NCBI GenBank assembly: GCA_045613125.1
Contig: JAZLAM010000022.1
Span: 77,813-141,812, forward strand
DNA length: 64,000 nucleotides
Direction of reading: 5' to 3'
Source of the DNA: Alphaproteobacteria bacterium
GTDB lineage: Bacteria; Pseudomonadota; Alphaproteobacteria; RF32; CAG-239
Within the stretch, counting starts at the first letter, position 1, and each line of letters starts with the position of its first letter. The notes under the pieces were generated by a model that was given only the letters and a program-made list of their open reading frames with translations, was not told the origin of the DNA and did not search any database. Made by a program: the position numbers and the translations under genes. Shown here one piece after another: positions 26,411 to 36,533 of the stretch.

Positions 26411-27310
26411 TTATTTACAATAAATTGAGGCTTTAACTCCACTAAAATCAGTGATAGCACCTGATATTCCCGAATGGGTAAAATGAGTATATTTATTCAT
26501 ATCAGAATAAACATTCTCAACCACGTTATTTACCTTTGCATAGTCAATCTCAAATTTTGTTTTTTTGCTATGCCATAATAAAATTAGCATAAAAATTTCC
26601 GCAGAAGTAAATTGAGTAATTTTTCTTACTTGTGCATACTCTTTTTCTAGCTCCCTAGCCCACTCATGGCTATAAGAAATTTTGCTCATTTGCTTTAATA
26701 TATCAACTGTTTGAGCAAAAATTTCTTCATTTTTTTCATCATTTTTTGCCAACTGATGCCAATGATGCAGCCATACATTTGATTTTATAGAATCGGAATT
26801 AAAAACCAAACACAACGGAATTACATATTTCAAATGTTCAGGATAAAAATGTAATGCCGTCTCAAAAGCATTGAGAGGCTTATCAGGTTTAGTAATCGCC
26901 GCACATTCCCAGTCAATGTATATATCCACTAAGTGAACAATTGAAGTAAACTTACCTGACTCAATATGATATGGGTTGTTTCTTTGATGAATGATTTGTA
27001 TTTCATCTTCTTTTAACCATGGACACATATACATCCAAGGTTTGTCCCAATCGTGAAGAAAACCACGTAAAGAATATCCGCCGGTAAAATGATACTCACA
27101 AGCCAAAAATGCTAACTTGTGTTCCAATGTATAACAAACAGAAGGTAAACGCCAGTTTTTTCTCGCGTTCCATTTATTACTTTCTTTGTTTAAGAATTTA
27201 CGTAACTTACTGTCTAACAGTTGATACGCTCTATTCACTTTTGTTATCATCTTCAGTATCAGGTTTTGCCAAATCTTGTGCAACTTTTGGATTACGTAAA
27301 AGTTTTTCAA
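26411..27310 (-). CDS. Hypothetical protein, candidate HD-domain phosphohydrolase; long paralog of the 2474..2992 gene
   Basis: FLHDWDKPWMYM and IDWECAAITKPDKPLNAFETALHFYPEH match the operon paralog. The 5' end overlaps the rbfA stop, so the true start is probably internal. Confidence 0.4.
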   Translation of the reverse strand: MKNFYVIQKLHKIWQNLILKMITKVNRAYQLLDSKLRKFLNKESNKWNARKNWRLPSVCYTLEHKLAFLACEYHFTGGYSLRGFLHDWDKPWMYMCPWLKEDEIQIIHQRNNPYHIESGKFTSIVHLVDIYIDWECAAITKPDKPLNAFETALHFYPEHLKYVIPLCLVFNSDSIKSNVWLHHWHQLAKNDEKNEEIFAQTVDILKQMSKISYSHEWARELEKEYAQVRKITQFTSAEIFMLILLWHSKKTKFEIDYAKVNNVVENVYSDMNKYTHFTHSGISGAITDFSGVKASIYCK

Positions 27311-27638
27311 TCCGATCTACTTCGGTAAATGTATCATCAACTCTAAAGTTAATGTCCGGAGTATATCTGAGTTGAAGTTTTGCTCCAATTTGTTTTTTGA
27401 AAATCCAAGCTTCTTCATTTAACATTTCAAGAACTAAACCTAAGTTTTTGCCATTTAATGTCATAATATAAGCTGTGGCATATTTCAAGTCGGGAGAAAC
27501 TCTGACTTCCGTAACCGTGATTAAAGCATCTCTTACTTCTTTGCTTCTTAAATCGCCACGTTCAATAACAGATGTGATGATTTTCTTTATTTCTTGTCCG
27601 ACACGTAATTGTCGTTGAGAAGGTTCTTTTACCGCCAT
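27231..27638 (-). CDS. rbfA: Ribosome-binding factor A
   Basis: RQLRVGQEIKKIITSVIERGDLRS...TVTEVRVSPDLKYATAYI; downstream of infB as usual. Confidence 0.85.
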   Translation of the reverse strand: MAVKEPSQRQLRVGQEIKKIITSVIERGDLRSKEVRDALITVTEVRVSPDLKYATAYIMTLNGKNLGLVLEMLNEEAWIFKKQIGAKLQLRYTPDINFRVDDTFTEVDRIEKLLRNPKVAQDLAKPDTEDDNKSE

Positions 27639-27649
27639 CTGTTTTCTCC

Positions 27650-30157
27650 TTACAATTTTGCAGCAATTGTTTCAAGTTCATAACACTCGATAAAATCGCC
27701 GACTTGAATATCATTATAGTTTTCAAAACTCATACCGCATTCATAACCTTCACGTACTTCTTTCACATCTTCTTTAAATCTCTTAAGTTGTGCAAGTGAG
27801 CCGTCATGAATGACCACATTATCGCGAAGTAAGCGAACTTTGGCACCACGTTTAACAATACCTTCCGTTACCATACAGCCACCGACTTTACCGACACCTG
27901 TAATGTTGAATACGTTACGAATTTCAGCATATCCTAAGAGTTTTTCTCTTATTTCAGGTGAAAGCAAGCCCTCTAAACCTTTCTTAACATCATCGGCAAC
28001 ATCATAAATGATTGAATAATAACGGATATCAATACCGTCACGACGTGCCATATCTCGAGCTTGAGGAATTGCACGAACATTAAACCCGATAATAAAGGCA
28101 TTTGATGCTTTCGCAAGTGTTACATCTGATTCTGAAATTGGTCCGACTGCAGAGTGTAAAACTTGAACGGAAACTTCATCATTAGAAAGTTTATTGATTG
28201 TTCCTTCAATTGCTTCAATAGAACCTTGAACATCAGCTTTGATGATAACAGCCAAGTGTTTAGATTCGCCTGATTTAATTTTATCAAGCATTTGTTCCAT
28301 AGCAGATTTTGCGCTTTTAACTAACTTAGCATCACGTTCTTTTCTGATACGATAGTTGGTAACTTCTTTAGCCTGAGTTTCATCTTTTACGGCAACAAAG
28401 TTATCACCTGCAGATGGAGTTCCTTGCAAACCTAAAACCTCAACCGGTGTTGCAGGACCAGCTTCAAGTAGCTTTTTACCATGTTCATTAAACATAGCTC
28501 TAACGTGTCCCCATTCTTTACCTGCAATGAATACTTCGCCAACTTTTAAAGTTCCGGTTTGAACCAAAATTGTAGCAACACTACCACGTCCTTTTTCCAT
28601 TTTGGCTTCAATAACCGTTCCTTCAGCTTTACGATTTGGGTTTGCTTTTAAATCTAAAATTTCAGCCTGCAATAAAATTGCTTCCAATAAACCATCAATG
28701 TTGATACGTTTTTTCGCTGAAACTTCAGCACATAAACATTCTCCACCCATTTCTTCAACAGCGATACCATGTTGTAAAAGCTCTGTTTTAACACGCATCG
28801 GATCAGCTGCCGGTAAGTCAATTTTATTAATAGCAACCACAATCGGAACTTCAGCTGCTTGCGCATGTCTGATAGCTTCAACCGTTTGTGGCATAATACC
28901 ATCATTGGCGGCAACAACCAATACTACAATATCGGTAACTTTTGCACCACGAGCACGCATTTCTGAAAACGCTTCGTGACCAGGTGTATCAATAAATGTA
29001 ATTTTTTGACCATTTTGAACCTCAATTTGGTAAGCACCGATATGTTGAGTGATACCACCGGCTTCTTTTGATACCACATTTGTCTCTCTTAAAGCATCCA
29101 ATAAAGATGTTTTACCATGATCAACGTGTCCCATAACTGTTACGACAGGTGCTCTTGGCAATAAATCATCGACACTGTCTTCAGGACCTGTTAAACCTTC
29201 CTCAACATCGCTATCTGCAACACGTTTGAATTTGTGTCCCATCTCTTCAACTACAATTTGTGCCGTATCAGCATCAATTGGTTGGTTTATGGTTGCCATA
29301 ACGCCTAAAGCCATCAACTTTTTGATAACTTCGGCACTTTTTTCTGCCATACGGTTTGCCAGCTCTTGAACTGTAATCACTTCAGGGATAATAACCTCTT
29401 TGATAATTTTTTCTTGCGAAGCAACTTGAACAACAGGTTTGGGTTGCTTTTTCTTAAATCTGCGACGAGGTGCTCCATAGCCATAGTCATCATCATCGTC
29501 ATCATTATTCATATAAGCGTTAAGGCTTACTTTGTTGTTACGACGAGGAGATTCAAAACTACGCTTTTGAATCTTTTTACGCTCTTGTTCAAATGTTTCG
29601 GCTTTGCTTAATGGCTTTGATGAAGAATTTAAATATTTTTTATCTTTTTTATAACCGTCATCATCGTCATCATCGTCATAATCGCGAGATTTTTTATTGC
29701 GATTGTACCCCTTATCTTCATCGGAAGACTTGTGTGCATTCTGAACCTTAGCTTCTTCTTTTATTTTTCTTTCTTTTTCTTCCTGTTCTTCTTTTAAACG
29801 AAGTTGCTCTTGCTCAAGTCGAGCTTTTTCTTCTTGCTCTTTTTGTTCTTGCAAGCGTTTTTCTTCCATTTCTTCACGTTGTTTTTTTCTGACGGCATCT
29901 TTTTCTTCTTGCTCTTTTTGACGTTTAGCTTCATGCTCTTTTGCTTCGGCAATTAAACGAAGTTTTTGAGCTGTTGCTTCATCAATTTCAACCTTCGGAG
30001 TTTGAATTTCTCCGTTTGCAGGAATTGTGCGTTTTTTACGCACTTCAACCTGAACCATTTTTTTACCATCAGTTGATCCGATTTTTGCCGGATTTTTCAG
30101 CGTTAAAGTTGACTTTGCGGATAATGTTAATTTACCTTTTGCATTATCATCTGTCAT
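27650..30157 (-). CDS. infB: Translation initiation factor IF-2
   Basis: G-domain [29 protein letters not shown]; K/E-rich N-terminal region with an acidic DDDDDDD tract. ATG at 30157 has a GGAG RBS; the track's 30184 start is TTG. Confidence 0.9.
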   Translation of the reverse strand: MTDDNAKGKLTLSAKSTLTLKNPAKIGSTDGKKMVQVEVRKKRTIPANGEIQTPKVEIDEATAQKLRLIAEAKEHEAKRQKEQEEKDAVRKKQREEMEEKRLQEQKEQEEKARLEQEQLRLKEEQEEKERKIKEEAKVQNAHKSSDEDKGYNRNKKSRDYDDDDDDDGYKKDKKYLNSSSKPLSKAETFEQERKKIQKRSFESPRRNNKVSLNAYMNNDDDDDDYGYGAPRRRFKKKQPKPVVQVASQEKIIKEVIIPEVITVQELANRMAEKSAEVIKKLMALGVMATINQPIDADTAQIVVEEMGHKFKRVADSDVEEGLTGPEDSVDDLLPRAPVVTVMGHVDHGKTSLLDALRETNVVSKEAGGITQHIGAYQIEVQNGQKITFIDTPGHEAFSEMRARGAKVTDIVVLVVAANDGIMPQTVEAIRHAQAAEVPIVVAINKIDLPAADPMRVKTELLQHGIAVEEMGGECLCAEVSAKKRINIDGLLEAILLQAEILDLKANPNRKAEGTVIEAKMEKGRGSVATILVQTGTLKVGEVFIAGKEWGHVRAMFNEHGKKLLEAGPATPVEVLGLQGTPSAGDNFVAVKDETQAKEVTNYRIRKERDAKLVKSAKSAMEQMLDKIKSGESKHLAVIIKADVQGSIEAIEGTINKLSNDEVSVQVLHSAVGPISESDVTLAKASNAFIIGFNVRAIPQARDMARRDGIDIRYYSIIYDVADDVKKGLEGLLSPEIREKLLGYAEIRNVFNITGVGKVGGCMVTEGIVKRGAKVRLLRDNVVIHDGSLAQLKRFKEDVKEVREGYECGMSFENYNDIQVGDFIECYELETIAAKL

Positions 30158-30176
30158 ATGTCTTTTTCTCCATATC

Positions 30177-30743
30177 TTAATCAAGAAAAGTTTGATATCT
30201 TTTCAAATTTTCATAAACTATTTTGGCTATGTCGCTTTTTAAAATTGCAACATGCACCGTGTTAACCTTATCAAGCGCAATATCTAAATCTTCGACATTG
30301 TATATTTTAACAATTTCTAAGTTTTTAGCTACTGAGCGGATTTTTTCGGAGCCGTCTTGACCAGCATCTGTTGCTTCAACCAAAAAGGCTACTTTGTTTT
30401 TTAAAATGCTTTCCTTCACTTTTTCAAAACCGGTCACAAGTGCACCTGCCTTGCGTGCCAGATTTATAAATTCCAAACCTCTCTTATATAACAATTGTTC
30501 TACCATCTCTAAAAAATTGTCTTCAATTTTTAAATGGAGATGAATAGATTTTATAAATAAATTTTTATCTAATGCAGTTTTTAAAGCTTTTTTGGAAATA
30601 GAGACATACAGACCGCGACCGTCAAATTTTTTGTTAAAATCCGGCACCAAACGACTATCGGGTGTTTTAACAAACCTCAACAGTTCATCTTTGGGTTTTA
30701 TAACCCCGGTTGCTATACATTTTCTGTTTGTCTCTTTTTCCAT
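30177..30743 (-). CDS. YlxR (DUF448)-like RNA-binding protein fused to an L7Ae-like domain
   Basis: [19 protein letters not shown]...DGRGLYV (YlxR signature) with an L7Ae-like C-terminus; conserved position between nusA and infB. Confidence 0.6.
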   Translation of the reverse strand: MEKETNRKCIATGVIKPKDELLRFVKTPDSRLVPDFNKKFDGRGLYVSISKKALKTALDKNLFIKSIHLHLKIEDNFLEMVEQLLYKRGLEFINLARKAGALVTGFEKVKESILKNKVAFLVEATDAGQDGSEKIRSVAKNLEIVKIYNVEDLDIALDKVNTVHVAILKSDIAKIVYENLKRYQTFLD

Positions 30744-30754
30744 AACTTTATCTC

Positions 30755-32287
30755 TTATTGTTCATCAGCAAACCAGTGTTCACGAGCAGCCATAATAACA
30801 CGATTTGCTTCAACTTGAGTAACTGCATTTTCGCCTAAGATTTCAATTAATTCATCAGCAGCTAAATCAGCTAAATCATCTAGCGTTTTAATGTTGTTTT
30901 CAGCCAATTTAATAATCATATCCTGATCTAAACCATCAATTGTTTTTAAATCTTCATCGATACCTAAATCTTTACTTTTCTTAGCAAAGTCTTTGTTGCG
31001 TTTTTCAACAAATTCTTTAGCACGACGTTGTAATTCGGTTGCAACATCTTCATCAAAGCCTTCAATTTCAGCAAGTTCTTTTAAGTTTACAAAAGCAACT
31101 TCATCGATAGTTGAAAAACCTTCGGCAATAAGAAGATGAGCTATCATATCATCAACATCCAAAGCCTCCATAAAGCGCTCTAAACGAACTTTATTTTCAT
31201 TGGCTCTGCGTTCTTGCTCTTGTTCTTCTGTTAAAACATCAATATCAGCACCTAAAAGTTGAGATGCAAGTTTAACATTTTGACCACGTCTGCCAATTGC
31301 AATCGAAAATTGTTCTTGTGGCACAACAGCTTCCATACGTGAATTCTCTTCATCAATAACCACTTTTGTAACTTCTGCTGGAGCAAGAGCAGCTACCAAA
31401 TATTGAGCTTTATCTTCAGAATATGGAACAATATCTATTTTTTCACCTTGCAATTCGGTTACAATTGCTTGAACTCTAATACCGCGTAAACCGACACAAG
31501 CACCAACAGGATCAACCGTTACATCATTGGCTTTAACTGCAATTTTTGCTTTTGATCCCGGATCACGAGCAACGCCCATAATTTGAACTATCCCATCATA
31601 AATTTCCGGAACTTCAGATGTGAAAAGTTTTGCCATAAATTCAGGACATGTTCTTGATAAGAAAATTTGCGGACCTCTATTTTCACGACGAACATCTAAT
31701 ACATATGCACGAACTCTATCACCGTTTTTGAATTTTTCTCTCGGAATCATCTCATCACGACGCAAAACAGCCTCAGTTTTACCAATGTCTAATACAATAT
31801 TGCCAAACTCTGAACGTTTCACTGTTCCGTTAACAATGGTACCGATTTTTTCTTTATACTCTTCATATTGACGATTACGTTCTGCATCACGAACTTTTTG
31901 AACAATAACCTGTTTTGCAGTTTGTGCAGCAATACGACCAAAATCAATCGGAGGTAAAGGATCTATAATAAACTCACCTATTTCGATACCTTTATCATAG
32001 CATTTAGCATCTTTTAAACGCAATTGTGCAGCTTCATTTTCCACTTCTGCATCATCTGCTACAACTTCACGATAACGCGCTAAGCTGATTGCACCTGTTT
32101 TGCGATCAATATTCGCTCTGATATCGTGTTCAAAACCATAACGAGAGCGTCCTGCTTTTTGAATAGCTATTTCCATTGCAACAAAAACATCTTCTTTATC
32201 AATGTTCTTTTCACGAGCAACAGTATCTGCTACCAATACAATTTCCGGTCTGGGCATATTTTCAAGATTTTCCATTTTATTCCTCAT
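30755..32287 (-). CDS. nusA: Transcription termination/antitermination factor NusA
   Basis: S1 and KH domains (GDRVRAYVLDV..., IGRRGQNVKLASQLLG) and C-terminal acidic repeats. Confidence 0.9.
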   Translation of the reverse strand: MRNKMENLENMPRPEIVLVADTVAREKNIDKEDVFVAMEIAIQKAGRSRYGFEHDIRANIDRKTGAISLARYREVVADDAEVENEAAQLRLKDAKCYDKGIEIGEFIIDPLPPIDFGRIAAQTAKQVIVQKVRDAERNRQYEEYKEKIGTIVNGTVKRSEFGNIVLDIGKTEAVLRRDEMIPREKFKNGDRVRAYVLDVRRENRGPQIFLSRTCPEFMAKLFTSEVPEIYDGIVQIMGVARDPGSKAKIAVKANDVTVDPVGACVGLRGIRVQAIVTELQGEKIDIVPYSEDKAQYLVAALAPAEVTKVVIDEENSRMEAVVPQEQFSIAIGRRGQNVKLASQLLGADIDVLTEEQEQERRANENKVRLERFMEALDVDDMIAHLLIAEGFSTIDEVAFVNLKELAEIEGFDEDVATELQRRAKEFVEKRNKDFAKKSKDLGIDEDLKTIDGLDQDMIIKLAENNIKTLDDLADLAADELIEILGENAVTQVEANRVIMAAREHWFADEQ

Positions 32288-32298
32288 TTAATAAAAAA

Positions 32299-32802
32299 TT
32301 AAAGTTCAATAGCTTCGTGTTCAGATTGATATTTTTCCCAAAGCTCATCTGTTATCACAATTTTAGCTTTTGAGATATTATCAAACGCAATCACATATTC
32401 TTTACCGTCCATATCAACACGGACTTCATTATTTTCATTAAGGCCTAAATTTATGCCTTTAATTCTTTTACGTTTTTCAACTTCATTTATTGTTTCAACT
32501 TTTATAACATAATCTTTGAAACGAACAAAGTGTTCCGGCTTTGTCAGAGGTCTGTCAAGACCTGGAGAACTTACTTCTAGTGAATATTTATCTTTTATCG
32601 GATCTTTCTCATCTAATGTAGCTGACAGCGCTCTACTTACCTTAGCACAATCTTCTACATTTATTTCACGAGAGTAATCCTTAACATCAATCATCACCTG
32701 TAATGTAGGATTTACTTGTCCTATGGTTAATATCCGAATGGTTTCATATCCTAAAGCTTCAATAACCGGTTCTAACATATCTTGTAAACTGTGTTTTTGC
32801 AT
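32299..32802 (-). CDS. rimP: Ribosome maturation factor RimP
   Basis: LEVSSPGLDRPL motif. Start taken at the internal ATG (MQKHSL...); the 44-aa hydrophobic extension in the track ORF is unlikely to be real. Confidence 0.8.
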   Translation of the reverse strand: MQKHSLQDMLEPVIEALGYETIRILTIGQVNPTLQVMIDVKDYSREINVEDCAKVSRALSATLDEKDPIKDKYSLEVSSPGLDRPLTKPEHFVRFKDYVIKVETINEVEKRKRIKGINLGLNENNEVRVDMDGKEYVIAFDNISKAKIVITDELWEKYQSEHEAIEL

Positions 32803-32914
32803 TTTTTCTTCTTTTCTAAAAAAAGAAGCGGGGTTGTTACCCCACTTCCAAATTAATACTATTATGAAAGATAATACGTATATACCATAAAAAAAACAAA
32901 AAGCAAGATTTTTT

Positions 32915-33628
32915 TTATAGTTTTTTATAAGCATGTCCTATACCTATTACACAATTCGAAGCATCTTTGCAAACACTACATGCTTTATCTATATTGTTCA
33001 TTGTTGTATCTTTCAAATAAAAGGCCAGAGTTTTGCCAGCTTCAATTTCTCCCAAATGCCTTGAGAACTGCTGTAATGTATTATTTTCCATTCTACGATT
33101 AATACTTATAAATGATATATCTTTATACTTTTCTTTTGCAATAGTATAAAGATTACGACAAATATCCACTGCAAATTTTTTATCATTAATATAAAGACCT
33201 ATAAATAAGCCCATATTATCATCTACAGTGCGATGGTTTTCAACAGAAATAAACGTATCAAAAACATCATAAATATAAGTTTGATCGTGAGGCTTCATCA
33301 TATCATTTGGCACAGCTTTTAGCTTTCTTAATATGGGTAATAATTGATACTCAGAATATGTCGATAAATTCATATTTGATGTATAATTTAAAGTAAGATA
33401 ATCTAAAACTGCTGCAATTTGTGTGGTTTGCTTACTAATTTTATATTTTAACATAGCTTTTGTATAAGCTGTAACCGAAGTTATAGTTAATACACCAAAA
33501 ATAAATAAAGCTATAAGCAATTCCACCATAACTCTTCTGGTTTCCGGACGAGCAAGATCTGGTTTGTTACCATTATTTTTTTTCTTTCGTGGAAATAAGT
33601 GCATAAAAACCTCCAACACATACGACAT
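32915..33628 (-). CDS. Hypothetical membrane-anchored protein (pseudopilin-like N-terminal hydrophobic segment?)
   Basis: RRVMVELLIALFIFGVLTITSV TM, then a soluble domain with a C-terminal Cys cluster (CSVCKDASNC). Confidence 0.3.
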   Translation of the reverse strand: MSYVLEVFMHLFPRKKKNNGNKPDLARPETRRVMVELLIALFIFGVLTITSVTAYTKAMLKYKISKQTTQIAAVLDYLTLNYTSNMNLSTYSEYQLLPILRKLKAVPNDMMKPHDQTYIYDVFDTFISVENHRTVDDNMGLFIGLYINDKKFAVDICRNLYTIAKEKYKDISFISINRRMENNTLQQFSRHLGEIEAGKTLAFYLKDTTMNNIDKACSVCKDASNCVIGIGHAYKKL

Positions 33629-33705
33629 TTAGACATTTTAAGTTGTTTTTTTTTTTTTGCAAGTCAAATTAAAATTTATATACACATCTTACAATTTTTG
33701 TAAAT

Positions 33706-33736
33706 AAAGAAAACGGCTCTGAAAGAGCCGTTTTTT
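33706..33736. terminator. Bidirectional terminator AACGGCTCTGAAAGAGCCGTT + T-run
   Basis: Perfect 9-bp stem downstream of adhE (minus strand). Confidence 0.5.
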
Positions 33737-33757
33737 AATTGATTTTATAACTAACAA

Positions 33758-36373
33758 TTACATGTTAAAGTTATAATCACCTTCATACGCATACCAATAA
33801 AGTTTTTCAATTTCTTCGATTAAAGGATAGCGTGGGTTTGATCCGGTGCACTGGTCGTCAAATGCAAGAGTCGGAAGTTCTTCCATAGCTTTTGCAAAGT
33901 CTTCTTTGGAAACACCCCATTCCTTGATTGATGCCGGAATGTTAACCGCTTTCTTAAGGTCCTCAACAGCCTTAATTAAGTTATCAACTTTTTCATCGTC
34001 TGTTTTACCTTTTATACCAAGTCCTTCGGCAAATGCAGCATAGGCAGCTTTTGCATTCGGATAACGATATTGTGGGAATACAGCTTGTTTTGCTGGGCAA
34101 TCGGTTGCATTGTAACGAATTACTTGAGAAATAAGTAAAGCGTTTGCAACACCGTGCGGGATATGGAACGCTGCACCTAATTTGTGAGCCATAGAGTGGC
34201 ATACACCCAAGAAAGCGTTAGCAAATGCCATACCGGCAATTGTTGCCGCATGGTGCATTCTTTGACGAGCGTTTGCGTTAGATGTGCTATAAGACTGAGG
34301 TAAGTATTTCATAACCAAATTAGCAGATTCTAATGACAAGCCTCTTGTATATTCAGTAGCCATTGAAGAAACGTAAGATTCAATAGCGTGTGTAAATACA
34401 TCAATACCCGATGCTGCGCACAAACCTTTAGGCATTGTTAAAACCAAATCAGCATCTACAATTGCCATTGAAGGCGTTAATACATAGTCTGCAATGGCGT
34501 ATTTAATTCCGGTTGAATCATCTGTGATAATAGAAAACGGTGTAACTTCAGAACCGGTACCCGATGTTGTCGGAATTGCAACAAGCTCTGCTTTATTTCC
34601 AAGTGAAGGGAACTCAAAAATACGTTTTCTGATATCCATAAAGCGCATTGCCAAATCTTCAAATTTGAGTTCCGGATGTTCATACATAATCCACAAAATT
34701 TTAGAAGCATCTATTGGGGAACCACCACCTAAAGCAATAATCACGTCAGGTTGGAAAGTGTCAATCATAGATTTTGCTTTGTTAATTGTTGTTAAGTCAG
34801 GATCAGGTCTAACATCAGAGAAAATTTGATATTGAATACCAAGAGGCGCTAAAATATCAGTAATTTTTGCTGTGTAACCCAAATCAAACAAAGGTTTATC
34901 TGTGATAATAAAAGCTCTTTTTTTGCCAGCTAATTCTTTTAACGCAAGTCCTAAACAACCTGGCTTGAAATAAATTTTCGGTGGAACCTTAAACCACAAC
35001 ATATTTTCTTCTCTTTTTGCAACAGATTTAATATTCATAAGATGTTTTACTCCTACATTTTCACTAACAGAGTTTCCGCCCCAAGAACCACAACCTAAAG
35101 TCAATGATGGCTCAAGTCTAAAGTTATACACATCACCGATTGCACCTTGTGATGCAGGACAGTTGATTAATACACGACCTGTATGTAACAAATGGCCATA
35201 ATGTTTAACACGTTCGTCATTGTTTTGATCCGTGTATAATACTGAAGTATGTCCGTTACCACCAAAAGTGACCAAATCTTTAGCTAGTTTTGCTGCAGAT
35301 TCATAATTGTCAGCTTTATACATTGCTAAAACAGGTGATAACTTCTCAGCTGAAAAAGGTTCTTCCACACCTACTTTTGAGGCCTCAGCAATCAAAACTT
35401 TTGTTTCAGGAGCAACTTTTATATCTGCCATAGCTGCAATAGTTGCCGCTTTCTGACCAACAATTGCAGCATTTAATTTGCCGTCAATCATAATTACTTT
35501 CCCGAGTTTTTCTTTTTCGGAAGCGCTCAAAATGTAGGCACCACGTTTTAAGAATTCTGCTTTAACGGTATCGTAAATTTCTTTAACTGCAATTACGGAT
35601 TGTTCAGAAGCGCAAATCATACCACTATCAAAAGTTTTTGACATTAAAATTGAGCTAACAGCCATTTGAATATCTGCTGTTTCATCAATAACGGCAGGAG
35701 TATTACCGGCACCAACGCCTAAAGCAGGTTTTCCGGAAGAGTATGCTGATTTAACCATACCCGGACCACCGGTAGCTAAAATAATATCAACATTGTTATG
35801 CTGCATCAACTTTTGTGTTCTTAAAATACTCGGCTCATCAATCCAACCGATAATATTGTCAGGAGCTCCAGCAAGTACAGCTTCTTCAAGCATAATGCGA
35901 GCTGCTTCAACAGTACATTTTTTAGCTCTCGGGTGTGGTGAAAAGATAATACCGTTTCTTGTTTTTAATGCAATCAATGTCTTAAAAATTGCAGTAGATG
36001 TTGGGTTTGTTGTCGGAATAACTCCGGCTATAACACCTATTGGTTCTGCCATTTTTATCATTCCGTTATCTTTATCTTCTTCTAATATACCACAAGTTTT
36101 TGTATTTTTAAATTTATTATAGATATATTCAGAAGCAAAATGGTTTTTAATTACTTTATCTTCAACAACGCCCATGCCAGTTTCTTCAACTGCCATTTTA
36201 GCAAGAGGGATTCTTAAAGAACTCATTTTCAAAGCAACACGACGGAAAATATAATCCACTTGTTCTTGTGAATATTCAGCAAATTTTTTCTGTGCCGCAC
36301 TTACTTTTGCGACAAGATCATCTATGTATTGTTGTTCAGCTACATCATCAATATTTACATCGGTTTGAGCCAT
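33758..36373 (-). CDS. adhE: Bifunctional acetaldehyde-CoA/alcohol dehydrogenase AdhE
   Basis: 871 aa. N-terminal ALDH domain (catalytic Cys region GMICASEQS) and C-terminal Fe-ADH domain (GGGSPIDASK). Confidence 0.9.
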   Translation of the reverse strand: MAQTDVNIDDVAEQQYIDDLVAKVSAAQKKFAEYSQEQVDYIFRRVALKMSSLRIPLAKMAVEETGMGVVEDKVIKNHFASEYIYNKFKNTKTCGILEEDKDNGMIKMAEPIGVIAGVIPTTNPTSTAIFKTLIALKTRNGIIFSPHPRAKKCTVEAARIMLEEAVLAGAPDNIIGWIDEPSILRTQKLMQHNNVDIILATGGPGMVKSAYSSGKPALGVGAGNTPAVIDETADIQMAVSSILMSKTFDSGMICASEQSVIAVKEIYDTVKAEFLKRGAYILSASEKEKLGKVIMIDGKLNAAIVGQKAATIAAMADIKVAPETKVLIAEASKVGVEEPFSAEKLSPVLAMYKADNYESAAKLAKDLVTFGGNGHTSVLYTDQNNDERVKHYGHLLHTGRVLINCPASQGAIGDVYNFRLEPSLTLGCGSWGGNSVSENVGVKHLMNIKSVAKREENMLWFKVPPKIYFKPGCLGLALKELAGKKRAFIITDKPLFDLGYTAKITDILAPLGIQYQIFSDVRPDPDLTTINKAKSMIDTFQPDVIIALGGGSPIDASKILWIMYEHPELKFEDLAMRFMDIRKRIFEFPSLGNKAELVAIPTTSGTGSEVTPFSIITDDSTGIKYAIADYVLTPSMAIVDADLVLTMPKGLCAASGIDVFTHAIESYVSSMATEYTRGLSLESANLVMKYLPQSYSTSNANARQRMHHAATIAGMAFANAFLGVCHSMAHKLGAAFHIPHGVANALLISQVIRYNATDCPAKQAVFPQYRYPNAKAAYAAFAEGLGIKGKTDDEKVDNLIKAVEDLKKAVNIPASIKEWGVSKEDFAKAMEELPTLAFDDQCTGSNPRYPLIEEIEKLYWYAYEGDYNFNM

Positions 36374-36533
36374 AATTGTTTTTCTCCATAAAATAGTTTT
36401 TTTCGCGTGTATAATGACAGATAAAATTAATTTCTCAACCTATTTTATAGTCTAATCCAATCAACAATTATTACTAAATTGTTGTAATTGTTTTTAATAC
36501 ACAATATAACAAATTGTATTGATTTTAAGTATT

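Noticed and set aside
28602-28979. Antisense or overlapping ORFs inside long conserved genes, such as infB (27810-28007, 28602-28979, 28654-28917, 29366-29611, 29941-30180), adhE (33846-34043, 34005-34202, 34477-34829, 35793-36122), the AsmA-like gene, thrS, glgA, lptF and others
   Set aside because: They are embedded in well-supported genes on the opposite strand or in another frame. They have low-complexity or odd composition and no RBS. These are typical spurious ORFs in AT-rich DNA.
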